Position numbers and translations under genes: made by a program. The notes below the pieces were generated by a model that searched no databases, was not told where the DNA came from, and saw nothing but the letters and a program-made list of their open reading frames with translations. From the NCBI GenBank assembly GCA_049999805.1, contig JBNGIO010006150.1:62001-88660 (forward strand): DNA of 26,660 bases. The letters run 5' to 3'. Position 1 is the first letter of the stretch; the number at the start of each line of letters is the position of its first letter. The DNA comes from Folioceros fuciformis. Taxonomy: Eukaryota. Shown piece by piece: positions 1 to 9,484 of the stretch.

Positions 1-83
1 TGAAATTCCTCCACTAGGTAACCTTGCTTCTCGTTCGCACGTGAACACGTGGGTTTTTGACTGTCATGCTGGTTTTCCCTCAG

Positions 84-330
84 GTACATATTCGAGTCAA
101 GGAAGTTGCTGGCCTCCGATGTGGAAAACATTACGAAGTCTGACATCATTGATTGGTACAACAAATTTTTGGCAGTAGGCTCACCCTTGCGCAGAAAGCT
201 CATGGTGCACGTATGGGGCTGCAATACTAAACCAGACTCCATTACGGACACGGGAAGCGATAGCTCGGTGTCCATTGAAGACATCGCTGCTTTCAAGAGG
301 AGCAGCGAATTTTTTGGCCCTGTAAGCTAG
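84..330 (+). CDS. Terminal exon of a nardilysin-like / insulin-degrading-enzyme family (M16) metallopeptidase; the gene starts upstream of the window
   Basis: Pyrimidine-rich acceptor ttttccctcag ends at 83. The exon reads (R)YIFESRKLLASDVENITKSDIIDWYNKFL..SPLRRKLMVHVWGCNT...IEDIAAFKRSSEFF and stops at TAG 328-330. This resembles the C-terminus of plant nardilysin-like proteins as recalled. Confidence 0.75.
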
Positions 331-576
331 GATTCTTGACTGTCGCCTTATGTTCAGGCACTATTGATTGTGGCCACCTATGTGGCTGTATGTGTCGTTG
401 AAACAATCAAGTTTCCCCCAACACCCAATGAGCGGGGTGTTGTGGGGCAGAGCTGGGACAGAGCATACACGCAGTTAGATGCAATCGCAGGACTTCCAAG
501 TGCGACGTAACGATTTTCAAGTACTGATAACTGTTGGCCGTCAGGACCGTCCTCTCACAGTTCCCAAGCTGCATCA

Positions 577-856
577 TAAGACAACGATTTGGAGTAGGTT
601 ACGGACAACGATCTGGAGTCGGTTAAGGACAACGATTTGGAGTCGGTTAAGGACGTCGAGTGGGACCGTCAAGGATGACGATTTGAGTGTGTTAAGGACA
701 ACGATTTGGTGTGTGTTAAGGACAACGATTTGGAGTGTGTTAAGGACAACGATTTGCATTGGGTTAAGGGCAAAGATTTGGAGTGGGTTAAGGGCAAAGA
801 TTTGGAGTTGGTTAAGGGCAACGATTTGGAGTGGGTTAAGAGTAACGATTTGCAGT
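577..856. repeat. 24-bp minisatellite, about 11 copies (consensus ttaaggacaacgatttggagtgkg)
   Basis: (a/g)caa(c/a)gatttg recurs every 24 nt (581, 605, 629 and 698-842) with one interruption near 655-675. It explains the repetitive ORFs 479..904 and 574..900. Confidence 0.92.
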
Positions 857-1379
857 CTGTATCTCCCTCCTTCGAACGATGATTGGAAGGAGTCCACCAA
901 TTAATTTTTTATATTTAATATTCCTAAAATTCGGTGAGACAAACCACCCAATGACGTGAGGTGAGACAGTGGGATTGGCACAAAGTGGCAAGCAAGACAC
1001 TCTAGGGCTAGCCCCTGAAGCCACATAACCTAGGGGACACTAGCCTAGCCCTAAGCTGTAAAACCTAGGGGCTAGGGTTCTAAAGCCAAGCTTCATAACC
1101 TCCCCTATGGATGGATCATGAGGTCAAGCTTCAGAACTTACACTAGGGATAGCCCCTAAAGCTGTAGAATCCACACACTCAAAGAAAAGCTGTATGTAGG
1201 AGGAGCGTCTCGATCTCAAACTAAAATGCAAAAGAAGATGGCTTATTGGCACAAGACTTTGAATCAAATACCACAACACAAGAGCAAGAGGCACCTACAA
1301 GACAAACAACACAGGCCTCCTGTCGGTACAGTACCCAAAGTTGTGAAGAGTGTCTCTTCACACCTACTCTCTCACTGAC

Positions 1380-1720
1380 ATCCATTAGATCAACCTACAT
1401 TCAGGCCCAAATGCTATAGAAAAGTAGTTGTTAGAAAATTCCAAGCAATGTTGACATGTCCAGGTACACAAAACCCTTCATTGAAAGTGCCAAGGTCTAC
1501 CATGAGCCGACAACACATTCACAATACCTTTCCAAGAGCAATTCGTGTACCTAGCTGTTGCTGTTGATAGCAAATTCAAAGAAACACAACAACACCTTGC
1601 ATAAAAGCCCATGATAAGTTTCTACAGTTGAAGCAAGGCTTGACACAATACACCTAAAAACTATAAGAGTTGTGCCTCGTTTCACTTGCAAGCATCTTGG
1701 CATTGAATACTTCATACTCG
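1380..1720 (+). mobile_element. Possible heavily decayed LTR-retrotransposon gag remnant
   Basis: Broken frames give SGPNAIEK*LLE (about 1401-1436) and AHDKFLQLKQGLTQYT* (about 1607-1657). These recall the retrotransposon gag 'L..LKQG..V.EY' motif, with many stops. Confidence 0.3.
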
Positions 1721-2878
1721 GTCTATGAGTCAGAAAAGGATTGAGACACTTTCTTATCCCTTCTTTTCCATAAAGAAAGTCCCTCCTCCTCTAAGTGAAT
1801 TATGATTTTATTAAAAAATATAAATATATTATAAACATACGCAAAAGACCAGCAGTGTATTATGGGATTTGGCACCTCATCACCATAACCTTCTTTGTAA
1901 TGTGTCTGAAATTCCAAGTTTAATAAATCAAAACAAGATCAAAAGTTATTATAAGTATAAGTTGCATAAATGGAATATTAACTAAGTGTTCCTATCAAGG
2001 GGTAGATGGTTTTTTCATCTCGTTAGCTTGGGAGAAATGCATAATTGTATACGAGAGAAAATTTGGAGGAATGAAATTCAAAACTTGACAATTATATCTT
2101 TGGATAACAATACAAAACCTAAATTTTAATTAAGAAAACTACGTAGCCTAGGCGTTCCTGGAGATTTCTACATGGAAGTCGAATTGGAAGGAACCCGGAA
2201 TGGCGTTCTCATTCAACGCGGCTGGCCTTGACCAACAGCGTTCCTTGCGATGAGCCCAAAGGAAGGACGAGGATGAATTGGCCAGGAGCCGAGCTTAGCT
2301 GAGCTCAGCTGAGCTCAGGTGGTGGGATCCTATGGTCCACAAACCTACCTTCCATGTGAAGGAAGGCATCTCTCCTCTCCTGCAAGAAGCAGTGTGGCTT
2401 GCAAGAGTCATGTTGTGTCCCGAGGGGAAGAACGTCGGAAGCAGCAGCTTAGAAAACTTCTGCCTATCCTGTGCGTGATGCTGGCCTAGTGACTCCATAA
2501 CACCCAGATATATTTGATAAAATATGCAAGTCTTACACTGTATGGAGGTGGAATATCCATCCACTCGTCCCAGACAGACAGGGTGGGGAATGGGAAAAGC
2601 CAAGCAGGCGCACGCCTTGATGTGTGGATCTGGAGAGTGAGTGAGGCCTGTCATGTCTCTGGCCAGCTACCACTCAACCCTGTCGTCTGCCATGGACTCA
2701 AGAGTCTTGTCTGGCGTCTTATCCCCCTCCAGTGTGTGTGGTGTGAGGTTCATGTCCTCTAGCCTAGCCAAGCCTAGCCTGGTCTCCCAATGCTCCTCAG
2801 GTGTGTGCTTGTGAGGTTGCTGTCATTCTTCGTGTTTCCTTGTACTGCGAAGCGCAGCTGAGCATAGCACATCACAGC

Positions 2879-5800
2879 ATGCATATGGCGGGAGTGGAAG
2901 AGGAAGAGAAGAATGACTTGGTCGCAATGCCGGCTAAGCTGCAAGAGCTGCTGGAAGGTCTGCAAGGGAATGCCTTGTCCGAACTCCCCGACCTTTCCAG
3001 TGAGGAGTACGGCGATTACTTCACAAGTCCTTGGCGGGGAACGGCGGATGGGGATGGCAGGCACTGGCGAGTGCGCAAGCGGGTATTGGCAGCTATTGGC
3101 CAGTGCCGCAGTCTCGGCGGCCACCTCACGATCTTTTGGGAGTGGGAAGTCGGCATCCGTCGGGAGGATGAATTCGTGGTTCTGTTGGGGGCCTTGGCAT
3201 CCACCCCTTTCCTGGAAGGTCTTGGTCTAGATGGGTGCACAGGTTTTGAAAGGCTGGCGGGTTGCAAGGCCCTGGGCCAGCTTATCGCTTCCAGTCGCAG
3301 CTTGCGACGGCTGGAAGCACAAATGATTAATCTTGGTGCCGCGGGACTTGGTGCCCTGGTCGAAGGTTTCTTCAACAAGGATTCTGCCCTGGAGTATTTG
3401 GACCTAGGGGGCAACAGAGTGGGAGATGAGGAAGGGGCACAGCACCTGGCTCGCATGCTGGCCAACGCTCCCCGTCTCAATACCCTGGATCTGCGTGGGA
3501 TCGGCATGAATGAGGCGGGAGCCCAGCGTATTGCGAAGGCTCTTCCGCTCTGTGCCACGCTCCGGGTGCTGGCTTTGGATGATCTAGATCCGGATAGGCA
3601 TTATGCAGGTTCCCGAGAGAGCAGCCTCGGGCCCGTGAGCACTGTGCTCAAACTTGCTTTCACCCGTGTTGTTGCTCATGCCCCCATATCTGGCGTCATC
3701 ACGCTGAGAGTGGAAATAACGAACACGGGGGAGCCAGGCCTGGCAGACGCGCTGGCCGGGATGTTTCGCACCAACGATTGTGTCCAAGAGCTCAGGATCA
3801 ACCATTTCGCTATCAAGTGCGGCCTGGACGCCTTGCGCCACAACTCCACCCTCTCCAAACTGGAATTGTTTGACGGCAGATACGGTGGAAGTGACGTTCA
3901 CATTGACGAGTGTATGAGTGAATTTTGGCTGTCATTCGTGGCATGCAAATCATTACGTATCCTGACTTTGAGCTGGATATGTTGGCCCTCTTTCATGAAA
4001 GCGTTGCTACAGTCCTTGGAGAAGAACACATCTTTGCAGGAGCTCAACATTCTGGATTGTCGTAGACTCGACGATGAGCTCTTCAGAGAGTTGATGCAAT
4101 CCCTCCAAGGCAATACCATTTTACAGAAGATCGACATACGGGGAACAAACTGGGATGATGAGGGAAAGGGGGCCATCATCAACGCAACGTTGGCTCGCAA
4201 TGTTACTCACAGGGCCTACTGGCCTCTGCTTTTGGAGGGGCAAGAGGCTGTCAAGCCCAGGGTCGGGCGCCTTTTCCTTTGCGGTGCACCTTACGCAGGG
4301 AAGACCACTCTCCGCACCACCATGGTTGGCGCATGCTCATTACAACCCCACAAAAGTACAGCAGCCGCATCACCCAACCAGGAGGGTACTCTCACCAGAA
4401 CGGAAGGCATAGAAATCGAGGTGCTGCGCAACGACCATGAGATGGAGGTTACCATCTGGGATCTGGCTGGGCAAGCTCAGTACCGAGCTCTGCAAGACTA
4501 CTTGTTCCCCAGCTTTAACCAGCCATGTGTCTTCGTGTTCACATTCAAGCCATTTGATACCCACAAACCTGGCGAACCCCTACTCTCTATAGAAAGGCTG
4601 CTGGCCAAGTTCACAAGCGGCTTCAAGTTTTGGCTTAGATTCATCCACTCTAATTCTCGCAACGTGGGTTCTTGTTTGCCTCGGGTATTTGTGGTTGTCA
4701 CTCATAAGGATCAGATGGAGGATCTGCAGGCTGAATTACTAGTCGATCTGCTGGAACCAGTCGTGACACAGTCCGCCAAGGACTTTGAGGAGGTACTTCG
4801 TATCACGACAACACCTCTATTCTTCATGGATGCGCGATCTAAACGGAGGGTGCAGCCCTTGCTGGACTGTCTATTCCAATCGTTTCGACAGCTATTTGCG
4901 CTTCCTCTGTTTTGGGTTCCGGAGGTATGCAACCGATTCAGTGCTGTTTTGACTCGGTGGGTATCTCAAAATCCAGCTCATCCTCTCGTGACCAAGGAGC
5001 GATTCAAAACGTTGTCTGAAGAAGATGATGAGCAACGGCTTGAAGCGATTCTTGCGTATCTGCACAATGCAGGCAGGGTCCTCTGGTTCCAACATGCAGA
5101 TGCTGTGGTGGTAAATCCACACTGGATCAGTCATTCGTTTCTGGGCCGCCTCATTCAGCGCCTAACTGGACCGTCTTCCTTGGGAACATCGTCAAGTCAT
5201 GGATTTGTTGCTGAAAGGTTCGTCTACGCAACCTTGGCCCGGATCCTCAAAGACACGCAAGTGGACGGGATTGGTGTTGAATATCTGGTATCATTGATGA
5301 AGAGCCTAAACTTGTGCTATGAAGATCATGCGAATCCAAGGCCTGGATTCTTCGTTCCCTTCACCTTGGATGACGGTGAAGGTAAAGCCCTACAAGGAAA
5401 ACGACAGTTGGACTGGAAGGGCGGTGCGGGTGACTACAGTTACGTAGGGAGGCGGCTACAATGCCGAGATGAAAGAAAGACGTTTCTCGGTCCAGGCTGC
5501 TTTCCAAGATTCCAAGTACATACCTTATCTTGTGAGGTGTATTTTTTGCAGAGATTTAACCGCTCGTGAGTTTCATGACATGGCCAATGGTTGTGCATTG
5601 CAGGTCAAGTTACGACAGATCTTGTTTGATGGACTCTACGGTATGCAGTCTCATCAGTATAGCATTGCACGCAACTTGATTAAATTTAACTACGATGGTA
5701 TGGACGTATTTCTGGAGAGCAGTGGGGATATTGGGGAGGAGACTGGGGACATCGGTGATCGTGTTGACATTTTGGTGAGGTCACTCAAGAGCAGCGACGA

Positions 5801-6416
5801 AACGATCGAATTTCTCCAGCAGAATATTGTTGCGGAACTGAGAGCCTTTTGTGCTTCTCCTGAAGGTAGTCCTGGAGTTGAACTAGTAGAAGGGATCATC
5901 AGGACTGAGTGTGTGGAGAAGCTCACACTCTGTATTTACAGACACAATCAATCGGTTCTCACACAGCATTTGATGAAGTGCTTTCTCGATCATCACAAAC
6001 GCCATCCAGGGCAGGCTTCCTCCGCTCCTGTCTCGAATTCTTCCCGTTATCGGTGGTGCTGGCCAGAAATGCCTGAAGCCGGACTATCTCTTGTATACGA
6101 GGAAGCCAGGGATCTCTTAAGTAGCGATGAGGTTCAGTCTGCTTTGAAGGAGAGTCGGCCCCGTCTATCCCTCGACGCAACGAGTGGCCCTTCAGGTGGA
6201 ACAAGTCAGCCACAGGTACCGCCTGTAATGAAGTCAGGGAAGGAACCATCATATGCTAACGAAAGGGCGAAAGCAGGTCTCGAATCCCGGAGATGTAGCC
6301 GGAGATTCAAGAGTCTTGTATGTGCTGGGAGGATGACGTCCCCTAGCCTATCCTTGTGTTGTCTGCCAATCCTCCTCGAGTGTGTGTGCTGTGAGGTTGA
6401 TTTCCCCGACCAATAG
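2879..6416 (+). CDS. TORNADO1-like LRR-Roc-COR (ROCO) protein, copy 1. Exons 2879-5515 and 5604-6416, about 1149 aa; the last ~45 aa are read-through into a repeat
   Basis: RI-type LRRs (LEYLDLGGNRVGDEEGAQHLARML; LNTLDLRGIGMNEAGAQRIAKAL). Roc motifs G1 GAPYAGKTT, G2 TEGIE, G3 WDLAGQ, G4 THKD, G5 DAR. COR motifs VVVNPHWI and YVGRRLQC..TFLGPGCFPRFQ|V. A GT-AG intron at 5516-5603 (88 nt) joins the two ORFs in frame. The start ATG is 2879 (or 2885), matching the copy 2 ATG context cacagcATG. Confidence 0.88.
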
Positions 6417-6715
6417 CGTATCCTTGTGTGGTCTGCCAATCCTCCTCAAGTGTGTGTGCTGTGAAGTTGATGTCACCGTCCCCTAGCCCATCCTCGTGTG
6501 GTCTGTCAATCCTCCACGAGTGTGTGCTTGGGAGGTTGCTGGCTCCTGGCCTATCCTTGTCTGGTCTCCCAACCCTCCTCGAGTGTGTGCTTGTGAGGTC
6601 GCTGTCCCGTAGCCTGTCCTTGTCTGGTGTNNNNNNNNNNTGTGTGCTTGTGAGGTCGCTGTCCCGTAGCCTGTCCTTGTCTGGTGTCCGAATCCTCGAG
6701 TGTGTGCTGTGAGGA
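6325..6715. repeat. Tandem array of 63-70-bp units (cctagcctatccttgtctggtctcccaatcctcctcgagtgtgtgcttgtgaggt...), about 6 copies, containing a 10-N gap
   Basis: Equivalent positions fall at 6341, 6411, 6481, 6544 and 6607. Identical 47-nt sequence flanks the gap at 6631-6640. Two related units lie upstream of copy 1 at about 2700-2825. Confidence 0.88.
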
Positions 6716-6774
6716 TGATACATACAATCCATTCATCATATTTGCTTGCATTGGGAAGCGCAGCTTAGCACAGC

Positions 6775-9484
6775 ATGGCGGAGCAGGAGGACGATAACTG
6801 GCGCGAGTTGCCGGATAAGCTGCAACAGCTGCTGGAAGATCTGGAAGGGCACGCCTTGACCGAAGTCCCCGACTTGGACGGAGAGGAGTACGGCGATTTC
6901 TTCAGAAACGAAGCTTCAAGTAGGAAGGATGGCAGGCGCTGGAGGGTGCGCAAGCGGGTATTAACAGCTATTGGCCAGTGTCGCAGTCTCCGCGGTCACG
7001 TGTGGGTCCGGTCGAAGTGGGAAATCGGCATCGCTCGGGAGGATGAATGCGCGGTTCTGTTGGAGGGCCTGGCATCCAACTCTTCCCTGACATGTCTTTA
7101 TGTGGCTAGGTTTCTAGGTTTTGGAAGGCTGGCGGGTTGCAAGGCCCTGGGCCAGCTTATTGCTTCCAGTCGCAGCTTGCGACAGCTGGAGGCACAGAGG
7201 ACTGGGCTTGATGCTGGTGGACTTGGTGCCCTGGTCATCAGAGAGGGAGGGAAAGCAGGCCATCATCAACGCGACCTTGGCACGCAATGTTACTCACAGG
7301 GCCTACTGGCCTTTGCTTTTGGATGGGCAAGAGTCCGTGAAGCCCAGGGTCGGGCGCCTTCTCTTGTGCGGTGCACCTTACGCGGGAAAAACCACTCTCC
7401 GCACCACCATGACTACCGCATGGCGCGCACTGCAACCACACACATCACATTGTATAGGAGCCGCATCAGCCAACCAAGTCCAATTGCGGGAACAAATGTC
7501 TCTAGCTTGGAGATGTCCCCGGTTCGGTAATGTTCCACGCACAGGAGCCGCATCACCCAGCCAGGAGGGTACTGTTCCCAGAACGGAAGGCGTAGAAATG
7601 GAGTTGCTGCGCAACGACCATGAGATGGACGTTACCATCTGGGATCTGGCTGGACAAGCTAACTACCGAGCCCTGCAAGATTACTTGTTCCCGAGCTTCA
7701 ACCAGACTTGTGTCTTGTTCGCGTTCAACCCATTTGAGGCCCGCAAGCCTGGCGGACGGCTTCCGTCTACTGAAATGCTGCTGGACAACTTCAGAAACGG
7801 CTTCAAGTTTTGGCTTAGATTCATCCACTCTAATTCTCGCAACGTGGGTTCTTGTTTGCCTCGCGTATTCGTGGTTGTCACTCATAAGGATCGGATGCAG
7901 GATCCGCAGGCTAAAATACTATTAGATCTGCTGCAACCAGTCGTGGACGAGTTGGCCAAGGTTTTCGAGGAGGTACTTCATGTCACGACAACGCCTCTGT
8001 TCTTCATGGATGCTCGATCTACGAGCACCGTGCACCCCTTGCTGGAGGAACTATTCCAATCGTTTCGACAGCTATTTGCACTTCCTCTGTTCTGGGTCCC
8101 CGAGGCATGCAACCGATTGAGTGCTGTTTTGACTCAGTGGGTATCTCAAAATCCAGCTGAGACTATTGTGACCAAGAAGCAATGCAAAAAGTTGTTTAAC
8201 GCAAATGATGAGCATCGAGTTGAAGAAGATGATGAGCATCGCGTTGAAGAAGATGACGAGCATCGCGTTGAGGAAAGAGATGAGCAACGCCTTCAAGCAA
8301 TTCTTGCCTATCTGCACAATGCAGGCAGGGTCATCTGGTTCCAAGATGCAGATGCAGATGCTGTGGTGGTAAATCCACACTGGATCAGTCATTCGTTCCT
8401 GGGCCGCCTCATTTACCTTCTAACTGAATCGCCTCCCTTGGGAAGATTCAATGATGGATTTGTTGCTGAAAGTTTCCTCTATGCAACCTTGGCCCAGATC
8501 CTCGACGACACGCAAGTGCAGGGGATTCGTGTTGAATATCTGGTATTATTGATGAAGAGGTTAAACTTGTGCTATGAAGATCATGCGAATCCAAGGCCAG
8601 GATTCTTCATTCCCTTCACCTTGGATGACGCTCAAGGTAAAGCTCTTCAAGGGAAACGACAATTGGATTGGAAGGGTGGTGCGGCGTCCAAGCACAGTTA
8701 CGTAGGTAGGCGGCTACAATGCCGAGATGAAAGAAAGACGTTTCTCGGTCCAGGCTGCTTTCTAAGATTCCAGGTCCGTGCCTTCTGAGCTGTCTCTTTT
8801 GTTAGTCATTTAACCAGTCTTGTGTTTCATGACATCGCCAATGGCTGTGAATTGCAGGTCAAGTTACGACAGATCTTGTTCGATGGGCTCTGCGGTATGC
8901 AGTCTCATCAATATAGCATTGCGCGTAACTTGATCAGATTAAACTACGATGGTATGGACGTATTTCTGGAGAGCAGTGGAGATATTCGGGAGGAGACCGG
9001 GGACATTGGGGATCGTGTTGATATTTTGATGAGGTCACTCAAGAGCAAAGACGAAACGATCCAGTTTCTCCAGACGCGCATTGTTGCAGAACTGAGAGCA
9101 TTTTGTTCCTCTCCTGAAGGTAGTCCTGGAGTTGAACTAGTAGAGGGGATCATCAGGACTGAGTGTGTGGAGAAGCTCACACTCTGTATTCACCGACACA
9201 CTCAATCGGTTCTCAAGCAGCATTTGATGAAGTGCTTTCTAGATCATCACCAAAGCCATCCAAGGCAGACTTCCTCCGGCTCGGATTCGTCCGATTATCG
9301 ATGGTGCTGGCCAGAAATGCCTGATGCCGGTCTATCCCTTGTATACGAGAAAGCCAGGGATCTATTAAGTAGCGATGAGGTGCAGTCTGCTTTGAAGGAG
9401 TGTGGGCCCCGTCTATCCCTCGACGCAACGAGTGGCCCTTCAGCTGGAACAAGTCAGCCACAGGTACCACGTCTACTCAAGTAA
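6775..9484 (+). pseudogene. TORNADO1-like LRR-Roc-COR, copy 2. Frameshifted by an internal LRR deletion; intron 8774-8857; TAA at 9482-9484 precedes an in-frame caspase domain
   Basis: Collinear with copy 1 from ATG 6775. The equivalent of 3362-4159 (798 nt) is replaced by 10 nt (7237-7246), which shifts the frame. Roc G1-G5 motifs are retained in ORF 7121..8788. An 84-nt GT-AG intron sits at the same RFQ|VKL position as in copy 1. Confidence 0.82.
8206..8290 (+). repeat. In-frame 24-bp tandem repeat (DEHRVEED x3) inside the COR region of copy 2
   Basis: gatgagcatcg(a/c)gttga(a/g)gaa occurs three times at 24-nt spacing. Copy 1 has only EEDDEQRL. Confidence 0.9.

Noticed and set aside
1-17. 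Penultimate nardilysin exon ending at ag|gtaacc
   Set aside because: The required frame begins with TGA at 1-3 and does not resemble the expected sequence, so the region is treated as intron.
479-904. Repetitive ORFs on both strands
   Set aside because: They are a by-product of the 24-bp minisatellite.
2879-6416. Naming copy 1 as the TRN1 orthologue
   Set aside because: It shares Roc-COR motifs but lacks the TRN1 C-terminal region and sits in a diverging tandem pair, so it is called TORNADO1-like only.
9482-9484. Stop codon removed by U-to-C RNA editing (UAA to CAA)
   Set aside because: Plant U-to-C editing is known only in organelles, and this locus is nuclear. The paralogous codon is TCA, indicating a substitution or base-call error.
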